Assembly (NCBI GenBank): GCA_913020725.1
Contig: CAJWCD010000007.1
Location: 1 to 52,029, forward strand
Direction of reading: 5' to 3'
Source: an uncultured Pseudomonadota bacterium
Lineage (GTDB): Bacteria; SAR324; NAC60-12
Length of the DNA: 52,029 bases
Part shown: piece by piece, positions 19,717 through 28,898 of the stretch
How positions within the stretch are numbered: the stretch's first letter is position 1
How the letters are laid out: every line of letters begins with the position of its first letter
Translations under genes and position numbers: made by a program
Notes under the pieces: generated by a model
Seen by the model: only the letters and a program-made list of their open reading frames with translations
What the model was told of the DNA's origin: nothing
Database searches by the model: none

Positions 19717-21042
19717 TCAGGATTGTGTGCTGGCAAGTGATTGATGCAGCTTTTGCACCAGTGCCTGATTATAGCCGTGGGAGGTCATGTTGGCAACAAC
19801 ACGGCCCCGCACGGAGTGTCCGATGAGGAAGAGGTCGCCCAACAAGTCGAGGATTTTGTGGCGCACAAATTCATCTGGAAACCGCAATTCTGTGTTGATC
19901 ACCTTGTTGTCGTGCAGAATGATGTGCGAGTTGAGGTAGCCACTGCCCACCGTTCCTTGCTTCTGGGCCATGTCGATGTTTTCGAAGGTGTTGAACGACC
20001 GCGCCGGGGCGATGTCTTTGTAGAACGAGTCACGCTCCGGGTTGAAGGTCAGCACCTGTTCGTGGATGGGAGCGGGGTAGTCCACGCGCATCTGAATTTC
20101 AAAGCCCTCCGCAGGTTCCGCGTAAAGGTGTTTTTCCTGCGAAGATTCAATACCCACCAGAATTTTCTCGTGAATGACAAGGGTGCGGGCTTTGGCATCC
20201 TGCTCCACGGTTCCGGCTTCAGCAATCACCTTGGCAAAGTCGAGGGCGGAGCCGTCGATGTTGGGGATTTCCTCATCCGCCTTGACGAGCACGTTGTCGA
20301 GTCCAGCCATGAAGAGCGCAGCCATCAGGTGTTCGACCGTCCGGACCTTGCGGTTTTGCTGGGCAAGGACGGTGGAATTAGCGGTGAAGGTGTGCGTCGC
20401 GACTGATTGTGAAAAATTTTCCAGCGCGGTGATGTGTCCGGGAATGGTGGTGCCATCCAGTGTTTGAAACTGGATTCCGGAATCTGGCTCGGCTGGGCTG
20501 AGGATGATGCCGGTGTTGCGCCCCGTGAGCAGACCCTTGCCGTTGAGAACCACATTGTCAGCAACGGTGCGCTGGTTCCGCCCTGCGGCTTCCAGTGAAA
20601 CCGCTCCGGACTGCACATCGTCCTGATACGAAGCTGCTTCTAAGAGCGTGTCCGAGGCCAGTTCCTTGTGATTTCCGGAGGGTTTGGTCAACAATTGCGA
20701 AACCCGGTTCAGCACCACCTCCAGTTGCAGGGGTTTCTCCAAAAAATCTACGGCCCCCAACTTGATCGCGTTGACGGCGGCTTCGATGCCGGCATGTCCG
20801 CTCATCATCACCACTGGGACCTGCGAATGTGATTCACGCAGTTGGCTGAGGATGGCCATGCCGTCCATGCCCGGCAGCCAAATGTCGAGAAAGATGAGCG
20901 CAGGGGTTTGCCGTTCCAGTTCCTGAAAGAGCGAGGTTGCGTTGGCACAGGTGATCACCGGGTAACCTTCATCCATGAGGATGTCCCCCAAGGTTTCCCG
21001 GATTGTGGGTTCATCGTCAACGATGCAAATGGCGGCGGTCAT
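19717..21042 (-). CDS. lpxC: Response-regulator receiver domain fused to UDP-3-O-acyl-N-acetylglucosamine deacetylase (REC-LpxC)
   Basis: About aa 1-120 is a receiver (VDDE, LDIWLPGMDG, MMSGH, FLEKP). From about aa 157 it is LpxC (QRT...G.GL..G, TVEHLMAAL, EIP.IDGSA, IAPARSF, LRFPDEFVRHKILDLLGDL, TSHGYN). One uninterrupted ORF. Confidence 0.92.
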   Translation of the reverse strand: MTAAICIVDDEPTIRETLGDILMDEGYPVITCANATSLFQELERQTPALIFLDIWLPGMDGMAILSQLRESHSQVPVVMMSGHAGIEAAVNAIKLGAVDFLEKPLQLEVVLNRVSQLLTKPSGNHKELASDTLLEAASYQDDVQSGAVSLEAAGRNQRTVADNVVLNGKGLLTGRNTGIILSPAEPDSGIQFQTLDGTTIPGHITALENFSQSVATHTFTANSTVLAQQNRKVRTVEHLMAALFMAGLDNVLVKADEEIPNIDGSALDFAKVIAEAGTVEQDAKARTLVIHEKILVGIESSQEKHLYAEPAEGFEIQMRVDYPAPIHEQVLTFNPERDSFYKDIAPARSFNTFENIDMAQKQGTVGSGYLNSHIILHDNKVINTELRFPDEFVRHKILDLLGDLFLIGHSVRGRVVANMTSHGYNQALVQKLHQSLASTQS

Positions 21043-21061
21043 CTTGTCGTGGCTGGAAGGC

Positions 21062-21553
21062 TTAGGCGATCACGCGGGCGCGGCCATTTTTGGGGGTGTC
21101 CTGTGGTGGCTCTACCTTGAGGATTTCGATCTTGAAGATCAAATTGGCACTCGGAGGAATATCCATTTGTGGCACCCCTTGCGGGCCGTAGGCGAGTTTG
21201 GCAGGAATCCGGATTTGGAGCTTAGTGCCCTGCCGGACTCCAGCAAGGGCCTCCTCCCAACCTGCGATCACCTTGCCCGCACCCTGTTCAAGGGTGTAGG
21301 GTTTGCGCTTGGCGCGGCTGCTGTCAAACGGTGCAAACGAATCGGCGAGCCAACCTTCGTAATGGACGGTGACTTTGCTGCCCTTTTCGATCTTGCGGCC
21401 ATCCCCGGGACGTTCCACATAGATTTCCAGTCCGGAGCGTTGCTTCTTGAACGCCGCATCAAGGGCGAGCTTGGGGCGTGGATGCTGCTCTTCCTCTTTG
21501 CCCCCCTTGGCTCCAACAGCAGCTTTGGCAGCAGGATTGATCTTCATCGGCAC
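21062..21553 (-). CDS. FKBP-type peptidyl-prolyl cis-trans isomerase
   Basis: VTVHYEG, FDSS, VIAGWEEAL, IPAKLAYG, IPPSANLIFKIE. Confidence 0.92.
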   Translation of the reverse strand: MPMKINPAAKAAVGAKGGKEEEQHPRPKLALDAAFKKQRSGLEIYVERPGDGRKIEKGSKVTVHYEGWLADSFAPFDSSRAKRKPYTLEQGAGKVIAGWEEALAGVRQGTKLQIRIPAKLAYGPQGVPQMDIPPSANLIFKIEILKVEPPQDTPKNGRARVIA

Positions 21554-22761
21554 GAAAAAGAAGTGGGTGCGTCACTCTCGTTCATCAGGATGGTGACTTC
21601 GATGGGAGCGGTTTCATCTCCCTGCGCAAACCCCCGGTTGACATCCAGAAAGAGGTTGATGAGGTTTCCCCGGAGATAGTACTGTCCGGAAAGCACCTCT
21701 GCGTCGCCTTCCAGCACAATCATTTTCGTCAGTTCGTCAAAGCTCGCCCGTTTGGCACGAGCCACACGTCCGGGTTGCTGAAGGCAGACGTCCTGCTCGG
21801 CGCGAGCGAGCTGGAGCCGCTGCGCCTTGTCCGCATGCAAAGAAATACGCTCCGCCCGCACAAACATTTCCTCCGGAGTGCGCTCCATTTCAACCTGCCC
21901 CTCGAAAACGGCCTCACCCTTGTCCGCGTCCAGCACGGCCCGGTAGGCTTGCACGATGATTCGTTGGGCGTTGGGGTCTCCCGCCAGCCGCAACTCGGCG
22001 GCTTCATCGGCCTCCGGCAGGGCGACCAAGTCCAGATTTGCCTCAACCCGGAACCGTCCCTCTGGAGTGGGCAAGCCCTCAAGTTCAGTGCGGTGATGCA
22101 AAAAATCGGCAAAAAACTTGTGGGTCCGCAGCGAACCTTGCGGAACTGTCACCCGCACATTGCCCTCCAACTGAAGGGTCTGCTCATTCAGGAATTCTGA
22201 ATCACGCCGTTTGCCCTGCCAACCGCGCTCAAAGACCATGTAGTCGGCATTCAACTCGCGGTTCCACTGCCGGAACCAAACGACGCCTTCTCCCGTCAAC
22301 CGTTCTCTCAGTGGTTCCTGCTGACGATTGATCCGCAGTTTGAGCGTGGTGAACTCCAGATTTTCTCGTGCAACCCACCCGTGCACGTTGCCCCGGAACA
22401 TCGCCTCTCCCGCATTGAGATCGCTGCTGAACTCATCGGCCTCGATGCGCAGTCGCTCGGTTCCGGCGTAGTGCAAGATCAGTTCTGTTTCATCAGGATT
22501 TTGTGCTGCGGTGGACAACGCCCCCAACGCCGCGACAAAGGCATTTTTTGCGAGGAACCTCCGGTCTTTCAGAGTCCCCAATGCTGACAGCAAGGACTCG
22601 GGGAAGCCTTCGCGTCGCAAATTCTGGAGGGTACTTGTCGTGATTTGAAACGACTCGACCGCGAGTCCGGTACGCTTCTGCGCCAGCACTTCCGGAGCGG
22701 CGACTGCTACGAATGTGACCAGCACGAACAAAGCAAACAGCGACCTATGGAACTCAGGCAT
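21544..22761 (-). CDS. Exported LptA/OstA-like beta-jellyroll protein with N-terminal extension
   Basis: Signal-peptide-like N-terminus. Repeated OstA-type strands (IEAD...[30 protein letters not shown]...LRGNLI). Lies between pyrG and lpxC. Confidence 0.65.
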   Translation of the reverse strand: MPEFHRSLFALFVLVTFVAVAAPEVLAQKRTGLAVESFQITTSTLQNLRREGFPESLLSALGTLKDRRFLAKNAFVAALGALSTAAQNPDETELILHYAGTERLRIEADEFSSDLNAGEAMFRGNVHGWVARENLEFTTLKLRINRQQEPLRERLTGEGVVWFRQWNRELNADYMVFERGWQGKRRDSEFLNEQTLQLEGNVRVTVPQGSLRTHKFFADFLHHRTELEGLPTPEGRFRVEANLDLVALPEADEAAELRLAGDPNAQRIIVQAYRAVLDADKGEAVFEGQVEMERTPEEMFVRAERISLHADKAQRLQLARAEQDVCLQQPGRVARAKRASFDELTKMIVLEGDAEVLSGQYYLRGNLINLFLDVNRGFAQGDETAPIEVTILMNESDAPTSFSCR

Positions 22762-24436
22762 GTGCGGTTTTCAGTGTCTCAGTGGAGGAAAGCTGCCCCT
22801 GACGACTGGCGCGATGCTTGTGCGCCGCAGCGATGAACGCCGCAAACAGCGGGTGCGGCTTGAGCGGTTTCGACTGAAGTTCCGGATGATACTGACAGCC
22901 AATGAACCACGGATGCTCCGGAAGTTCAATGGTCTCGACGAGATCACGCTCCGGGTTCCTTCCGGAGAAGACGAGTCCGGCTTTTTCGAGCTTGGGGACA
23001 AACTCGTTCATGACCTCGTAGCGATGCCGATGCCGCTCAGAAATGCGGGTGGTTTTGTAAATGCGGGCGATCTTGGAGCGCACGACAAGCTCAGCCTTGT
23101 ACGCCCCCAACCGCATCGTGCCTCCGGTTTCCTGTTTGCCCCGCTGTTCGGGCATCAGATCAATGACGTTCTGCGCGTGGTTCGGTCGGAATTCCCCGGA
23201 GGAGGCTTCCTTGAGTCCGGCGACGTTGCGGGCAAACTCGACAATCGCCATTTGCATTCCGAGGCAAATGCCAAAGAACGGAATGCTTTGCACACGAACA
23301 AACTCGATGGCGGCCACCTTGCCTTCGGTGCCGCGTTCTCCAAATCCGTGAGCGACAAGAACGCCATCCATCGCCTGCAACCGTTTCGCAACGTCCCCCG
23401 ACTCCAATTCCTCGGAGTCAATGTAGTGCAGGTTGACGCGCAACTGATTGGCAATGCCGCCGTGGACCAGTGCTTCGTTGAGACTTTCGTAGGAATCGCG
23501 CTGGTTGACGTATTTTCCGACAAAGGCGATGTCCACCTCCCCCTGTGGATTGTGGTAGCTCTCCACCAAATCCACCCACGGTTGCAGCTTGGGCTGGCGG
23601 GTCCACATGTGTAGGTACTCGACGAGCCGGTCGTCCAACCCCTGCCGCTGGAACATCAGTGGGGCTTCGTAAACCAAGGGGACGTCCAAGCCGTCAAACA
23701 CCGCATTGACTTCAACATTCGTGAACAGTGAGATTTTCTGGCGCAACTTGTCAGGAAGTGGCTCGGAGGTGCGGCAGATGAGGATTTCGGGCTGAATGCC
23801 GATTTCCCGGAGCTTGCCCACGCTGTGCTGCGTCGGCTTCGTCTTCATCTCGGTGGTCTTGATGATGAGCGTGAGATGGACGAAGAGCGCGTGTTCACGC
23901 CCATGTTCCAGTCGGAATTGCCGGATTGCCTCCAAGAACGGGAGTGATTCGATGTCTCCCACGGTGCCGCCGATTTCGACGATGCAAACATCCGCATCAT
24001 CCGCCGCTGCTTTGATGGTGGACTTGATCTCGTCAATGACGTGCGGAACCACCTGCACTGTCTCCCCAAGGTAGGCTCCCGCCCGCTCCTTGCGCAAGAT
24101 GGAATCGTAGATTTGTCCAGTCGTGCAGTTGTGCTTGCGGGTCAGCGTCGCGTTGGTGTAGCGCTCGTAGTGCCCAAGGTCGAGGTCGGTTTCGGCGCCG
24201 TCATTAGTGACAAACACCTCTCCGTGCTGGAAGGGGTTCATCGTGCCTGCATCCAAGTTGATATACGGGTCGAGCTTCATGAGGCTCACGTGTAATCCAC
24301 GGGCTTCCAGCAAGGCTCCGACAGATGCCGCCGCAATGCCCTTGCCTAAGCCGGAGACCACGCCTCCTGTGATGAAAACGTACTTCGTCTGCATTCGTTT
24401 TTTTGTCGTTTGATGCTTAGTGGCTGGAGACGTCAT
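22754..24436 (-). CDS. pyrG: CTP synthase
   Basis: [55 protein letters not shown]. Start at 24436 or 24394. Confidence 0.97.
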   Translation of the reverse strand: MTSPATKHQTTKKRMQTKYVFITGGVVSGLGKGIAAASVGALLEARGLHVSLMKLDPYINLDAGTMNPFQHGEVFVTNDGAETDLDLGHYERYTNATLTRKHNCTTGQIYDSILRKERAGAYLGETVQVVPHVIDEIKSTIKAAADDADVCIVEIGGTVGDIESLPFLEAIRQFRLEHGREHALFVHLTLIIKTTEMKTKPTQHSVGKLREIGIQPEILICRTSEPLPDKLRQKISLFTNVEVNAVFDGLDVPLVYEAPLMFQRQGLDDRLVEYLHMWTRQPKLQPWVDLVESYHNPQGEVDIAFVGKYVNQRDSYESLNEALVHGGIANQLRVNLHYIDSEELESGDVAKRLQAMDGVLVAHGFGERGTEGKVAAIEFVRVQSIPFFGICLGMQMAIVEFARNVAGLKEASSGEFRPNHAQNVIDLMPEQRGKQETGGTMRLGAYKAELVVRSKIARIYKTTRISERHRHRYEVMNEFVPKLEKAGLVFSGRNPERDLVETIELPEHPWFIGCQYHPELQSKPLKPHPLFAAFIAAAHKHRASRQGQLSSTETLKTAHA

Positions 24437-24453
24437 GCCTCGTGGTCGGCTTG

Positions 24454-25077
24454 TCAAGCAGTCGCAGGTGACGGGGGAGCTTGGAGTGGTGTTGCTTTGC
24501 GGACATCCATGCGGCGGAGGACTTCGTCGGTCACCTGCTCCACCAGAGCAATTTTTCGGATTTCCTCATCTTTCGCCAAAGCCTCCAGCGCGACTTCCTT
24601 AGATTTGGCAAGGACCGTGCGGCGATCCCAAAACGCAAACCCAATGGCCGCGACCATGATCACCGTGAAAATCCCCGTGATGATCTGCAAGAACTGCATC
24701 AGTTCCGAAAAGCGCGTGTTCATTGAATTTTGCCTCTGCTCAAAGCGCGTGTTCATTGAGTTTTGCATCTGCTCAAAGCGCGTGTTGAAGTCCTCACGCT
24801 GTTCGGCAAAACGCTTGTCCACCTGCTCAAAGCGCGTGTTGAAGTCCTCGCGCTGTTCGGCAAAACGCTTGTCCACCTGCTCAAAGCGTTGAGCTGTGGA
24901 TTCCATGAACATCTGGAGCGTGGTCTCGATGCGCACCATATGCTTTCCCACTTGGTCAAAACGCCGATCGATCCGCTCCCGATCCTCTTGTGTGAACCCC
25001 ACTTGCTGCGCTTGAGCCAGCGAAACCCACAACACGCCCAGCCCCACCACCAAGGCTCCGATTCTTGGAAATCTCAT
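24454..25077 (-). CDS. Membrane-anchored coiled-coil protein with internal tandem repeats
   Basis: Signal peptide (…SLAQAQQ), [18 protein letters not shown] repeats, a TM segment followed by WDRR. AAGGAG RBS upstream. Confidence 0.75.
   Translation of the reverse strand: MRFPRIGALVVGLGVLWVSLAQAQQVGFTQEDRERIDRRFDQVGKHMVRIETTLQMFMESTAQRFEQVDKRFAEQREDFNTRFEQVDKRFAEQREDFNTRFEQMQNSMNTRFEQRQNSMNTRFSELMQFLQIITGIFTVIMVAAIGFAFWDRRTVLAKSKEVALEALAKDEEIRKIALVEQVTDEVLRRMDVRKATPLQAPPSPATA
24709..24888. repeat. Intragenic tandem repeats with 54-bp and 33-bp periods
   Basis: CTGCTCAAAGCG recurs at 24736, 24769, 24823 and 24877, giving two near-identical 54-nt units and two 33-nt units. Confidence 0.9.
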
Positions 25078-25247
25078 CGACTGCTCCTTGAAAAGCTCTT
25101 TTTGAGAAGTTTAGCACACTTTCCGGATTACACAAAGTCAACCACTTTTAGCAGTCCATCAAGGTGGTTGATTGAGAAGCATTTACTTTGATTTTTACGA
25201 GAGCGTCTTGAATTGCTTGCTCATGGATAGAACGGCAGCGTTTGGGG

Positions 25248-27482
25248 TCAGGAAACGGGCAGTTCCAGCGTGAAACAGGCGCCGCCGGACTCAAGGTTTT
25301 GGAAGCGCACGAAGCCGTTGTGGTCGGCAAGGGTCTGGTGGAGGATCGTGAGGCCAAGTCCGGTGCCGTCGTCCTTGGTGGTCGCATACGGCTCAAAAAG
25401 TCGGTCGGCGATTTCGGGTTCAATCCCGGTGCCGTTGTCTTCCACTTCCACCCGGACAATCCGCAGTTCGGGATCGAGGCGGGTGGTGAGGGCAATCACG
25501 CCCTGTTTGAAGATGCGGGAAAGGCGGCCCTTGTTTTCGATGGCGTCAATGGCGTTGTCAATGAGATTGATGAAAACACGCCGTATCTGCTCGCGGTCGA
25601 GGGGTAACGAGGGCAAGTCCGGAGCCAAGTGGGTGTCCAGTCGAATGCGGGCGGGAAGATTGCCGTCGTAAAGCTGGACTGCTTCAAGGATGATGCTGTT
25701 GAGGTCGTTCGCCTGTGGATTCGACTCCGGAATCTTGGCGAAGTTGGAGAACTCGCTAACCATCTGCTTGAGTTGCTGCACCTCTTGGATGATGGTCCGC
25801 GTTGCCTGCTCCAGCGTGGTGTCATTCTCGATAAGCCCGGAGTATTTGCGGCGGATGCGCTCGGCTGAGAGTTGGATGGGGGTGAGGGGGTTCTTGACCT
25901 CGTGAGCAATGCGTCGTGCCACCTCCCGCCACGCCTGCGCCCGTTGTAAGCGTTGCATCTCCGTGATGTTGTGGTACACCGAGACCATGCCTACCGGCTT
26001 CCCTTCGCGATTCTCCAAGGCAAACAAGCCGGACGAAACATGAACGGGGGCACCCTGCTTGGACACCGTGAGGTTGCGCATCACGGACTTCCCCGGATTC
26101 GCCTGTAGGGATTGGAACATCTCCTCAAATCCCGCCAGTGATTCCCGTTCCAGCACCTCCCCAAAGTGCTTGCCCTGAAAGGCAGCAGTCTTGAGTTGCA
26201 GGATTTGCTTGGCAGTGCGGTTGATGCCCTCGATGCGTCCGTCCATGTCTAGGGACACGACGCCGGTGCTGATGTTCTCCAGCACAAGGTCCACAAACCG
26301 TGTGTGTTCTTCCAGTACCCGATTGCTCTCCTGGAGATGCTCGGTCGTGCGGATCAACCCTTGGCGGTACTCCAGTAAATCTCGGCTCATCGCGTTGAAG
26401 GAGTTGACCAGCAGTGCAAAATCGCGGTCCAATGGTTCCTCCAGTGTGACTTGGTAGCCAACTTCCCCCTCTGACACTCGTTGGGTGGCAACGGCAAGCT
26501 GCTCAATGGGTTCCACAAAACCGCGGGCGAGGTAGAATGCAAGCCAGATGGAGACGAAGAGGATAAAGAAGGTCATCAGCAGGAAGACGACGATGTAGTA
26601 GCGCCGGATCAAGTCCTGCGACTCCACAAAAACCTGAGTGCTGAGCACCTGTTTCTCAAGGGCGTTGACCGCATGGGTCAGTGACCGTGGGGTGGGGCGG
26701 AAGATTTCCACAAACGTCGCCTGCCCGCCAAGTTCTGTCCTCCGGAAATGCCGATAGAGCATCCGCCCGCCGCGCTCTTCGACGATCCACGTCACGTCTT
26801 GCTCCTGCACCTGCGGCCACTCGGTTTCCGCAAGCGGGGTCCAGAGTTCCTGAGCCAGTGGAGTGTGGAGTCGCTGGGACAGCACTTTGTGCTCGGAGGA
26901 ATAAACCACGATGCCAGCACCCAACTCCGGACTTGGGGGGAAGGAAAACTCCGAACTCGAGGGACTTTGCCACTCTTGCAGTCGTCCCGCGAACGCCGCT
27001 CCTTGCAACTCCATCGAGTGTTTGAGGTCGAGGTGGAAGGTCTCTACCACGCGCTGGGCGTTCTGCACAACGGTTTCATGCTGGCCTTCCAGCCACGATT
27101 CGAGGGTGCGGGCGATGAAGGTACTGGCGAAGAGATGGAAACCCATCGCCGGGAGCGAGAGGATCACGAAGGCGGTGATGAGCTTGGTCTTGAGGCGGAC
27201 GCCAATGGTGCGGTGCCGATGTTCGTAAGCAAGCTTGAGAAGGTTGCGGGCGATCAGGTAGAAGACGATGGCGATGAGGACGATGTTGACGTTGATCGCC
27301 ACAAAAAGTATCAATCTCGACTCACTCGTGCCCGTGTCCGGGATGCCCTGCTGGATGCTGAAGCCAATGAGGAAGAGAAGCAACGCAAGCAGGCTGGCGA
27401 TCGCTAGAAAGCGGTTGCGAATCCGGGGATCGGCGGAGAGGAGACTGCGGAAGTGCTGGAGTTTAAGTAAGCGAAGGCGCAT
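25248..27482 (-). CDS. ntrY: NtrY-like membrane sensor histidine kinase (TM, HAMP, PAS, HisKA, HATPase)
   Basis: G.RLKTKL after N-terminal TMs; HAMP (PIEQL..AT.RV.EG, FNAM); PAS; AWREVARRIAHEVKNPLTPIQLSAER; NLIDNA, EDNGTG, FEPY.TTK, GTGLGL. Confidence 0.88.
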   Translation of the reverse strand: MRLRLLKLQHFRSLLSADPRIRNRFLAIASLLALLLFLIGFSIQQGIPDTGTSESRLILFVAINVNIVLIAIVFYLIARNLLKLAYEHRHRTIGVRLKTKLITAFVILSLPAMGFHLFASTFIARTLESWLEGQHETVVQNAQRVVETFHLDLKHSMELQGAAFAGRLQEWQSPSSSEFSFPPSPELGAGIVVYSSEHKVLSQRLHTPLAQELWTPLAETEWPQVQEQDVTWIVEERGGRMLYRHFRRTELGGQATFVEIFRPTPRSLTHAVNALEKQVLSTQVFVESQDLIRRYYIVVFLLMTFFILFVSIWLAFYLARGFVEPIEQLAVATQRVSEGEVGYQVTLEEPLDRDFALLVNSFNAMSRDLLEYRQGLIRTTEHLQESNRVLEEHTRFVDLVLENISTGVVSLDMDGRIEGINRTAKQILQLKTAAFQGKHFGEVLERESLAGFEEMFQSLQANPGKSVMRNLTVSKQGAPVHVSSGLFALENREGKPVGMVSVYHNITEMQRLQRAQAWREVARRIAHEVKNPLTPIQLSAERIRRKYSGLIENDTTLEQATRTIIQEVQQLKQMVSEFSNFAKIPESNPQANDLNSIILEAVQLYDGNLPARIRLDTHLAPDLPSLPLDREQIRRVFINLIDNAIDAIENKGRLSRIFKQGVIALTTRLDPELRIVRVEVEDNGTGIEPEIADRLFEPYATTKDDGTGLGLTILHQTLADHNGFVRFQNLESGGACFTLELPVS

Positions 27483-27502
27483 CGGAACTCAGTGGAGGAA
27501 GG

Positions 27503-27937
27503 TTACTGTGAGAGGGACTGGTAGTAGGCCTCCTTGCTCTTCTGGTGTGCGGGCTCCACGGTGTACTCCTCGCTGTGCTTGACGAGCAACTGCTGCGCGT
27601 GGAAGACGTCGCCCTGCATCCGCCCCTCGATGACCACGCCCTGCCCCTCCCGAAACATGTCGGGTTTCACACCGTTGTAAACGACAGGAACGAAATTCCG
27701 GGAGTCTTCTGTGACTTTGAAGGCGAGCCGGATGGCTTGGGCGTTCCACTCCACCGAACCGGGCTGCACGAGCGCCCCAATGCGGATGGTCTTGTTCTCA
27801 AAATCAGCAGGCGCGGCCAGCACCTCCTGTGGGGTGTAGAAGAACACAGTGGCTTTCTGGAGTCCCTGAATCGAAATCGCTGCCAGCGTGGCGAAAATGA
27901 CGAATCCGCCAATGACAAATTTGGTGCGTGTCTTCAT
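27503..27937 (-). CDS. ccmE: Cytochrome c maturation heme chaperone
   Basis: FFYTP, IRIGALV, PDMFREGQGVV, KHSEEY (HxxxY). Confidence 0.93.
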   Translation of the reverse strand: MKTRTKFVIGGFVIFATLAAISIQGLQKATVFFYTPQEVLAAPADFENKTIRIGALVQPGSVEWNAQAIRLAFKVTEDSRNFVPVVYNGVKPDMFREGQGVVIEGRMQGDVFHAQQLLVKHSEEYTVEPAHQKSKEAYYQSLSQ

Positions 27938-27953
27938 GTTTGAGTTGCTAAAT

Positions 27954-28013
27954 CACCGCAGAGGGCACAGAGAAAAACTTAAACACACCTCCGGCACTCT
28001 GCGTCTCTGTGGT
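27954..28013. repeat. Complete inverted 9-bp-period REP-like element
   Basis: CACCGCAGAGGGCACAGAG ... CTCTGCGTCTCTGTGGT, between ccmD and ccmE. Confidence 0.7.
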
Positions 28014-28192
28014 TAATCAAAACCTCGCTCATCGGACTGAACAGTGCGGGATGCGGAATTCGGGGAGATTTTCAGATCCTCAAGCTGTTGCTGGCAGGTA
28101 TGCTGCCGGTTCCACGTCCAGAGTAGATAGCCGAGAAAGGCTGCAATCCAGACGCCGTAGCTGATGAGAACGTATTCGATGTTTTCAGGCAC
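28013..28192 (-). CDS. ccmD: CcmD-like small membrane protein
   Basis: 59 aa (ENIEYVLISYGVWIAAFLGYLLW followed by a charged tail) between ccmC and ccmE. GTG overlaps the ccmC end. Confidence 0.7.
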   Translation of the reverse strand: MPENIEYVLISYGVWIAAFLGYLLWTWNRQHTCQQQLEDLKISPNSASRTVQSDERGFD

Positions 28193-28898
28193 GGGAGTAC
28201 TCCGGAGAGTGGTTGGCGATGTGTTCCTGAATTGTGTCGTTAGCACACTCGATCCGGTAGCGCATCAGCAGCAGGTAGCCGTAGAAAATGGCCATCGCGA
28301 CCATGCAGGCAAACAGCGGATAGAGCAGTTCCGGAGGCATTGAGGGTTTGGCCGCACCCGCTTCAACCTTGAAGAGTGTGGAGGGCTGGTGCAGGGTACG
28401 CCACCATTCGACAGATTTGTGGATGATTGGGATGTCAAGGACACCGATGACCCCAAGGACAGACGCCAGCCGGGCCTCCTTGTCCCGGTCGGGTACGGAC
28501 ATACGCAGCACGAAGTAGCCCACGAAGATGAGGAAGAGCAGCAGCGTCGTGGTCAGCCGAGCGTCCCACACCCAGTAAGTACCCCACGTCGGCTTGCCCC
28601 ACACCATGCCGGTGATGAGAACCAGCACGCAGAACACGAGTCCGATTTCTGCCGAGGATTTGGCGATGCGGTCAAACTTGAGGTCGCGTTTCCAGAGGTA
28701 GGCAATGCTGCACACAAAAACCACGAAGAAAGCGAGGTAGGTTGTGACCACGGAAGGGACGTGCAGGTACATAATTTTCTGCACAAAACCTTGGCTGCTC
28801 TCCAGCGGAGTTCCTAAGAACACCCAGAGTCCACAGCCCGGCAAGGCAAGCAATGATCCCCATTTCAGCAGCCGGAAGTAGCTCGGAGTTTCAGGCAT
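28185..28898 (-). CDS. ccmC: Heme exporter / cytochrome c biogenesis protein CcmC
   Basis: IMYLHVP, WGKPTWGTYWVWDARLT (WWD motif), SVEWWRTLHQ. Confidence 0.95.
   Translation of the reverse strand: MPETPSYFRLLKWGSLLALPGCGLWVFLGTPLESSQGFVQKIMYLHVPSVVTTYLAFFVVFVCSIAYLWKRDLKFDRIAKSSAEIGLVFCVLVLITGMVWGKPTWGTYWVWDARLTTTLLLFLIFVGYFVLRMSVPDRDKEARLASVLGVIGVLDIPIIHKSVEWWRTLHQPSTLFKVEAGAAKPSMPPELLYPLFACMVAMAIFYGYLLLMRYRIECANDTIQEHIANHSPEYSRA

Noticed and set aside
24709..24888. Direct repeats as a possible CRISPR array
   Set aside because: The units are contiguous, in-frame multiples of 3 within a CDS, with no unique spacers and no cas genes.
25100..25175. Sigma70 promoter or terminator between ntrY and the repeat gene
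   Set aside because: An imperfect inverted repeat (TCAACCACTT/AAGGTGGTTGA) and a TTGACT exist, but the -35/-10 spacing is wrong and the loop is long.
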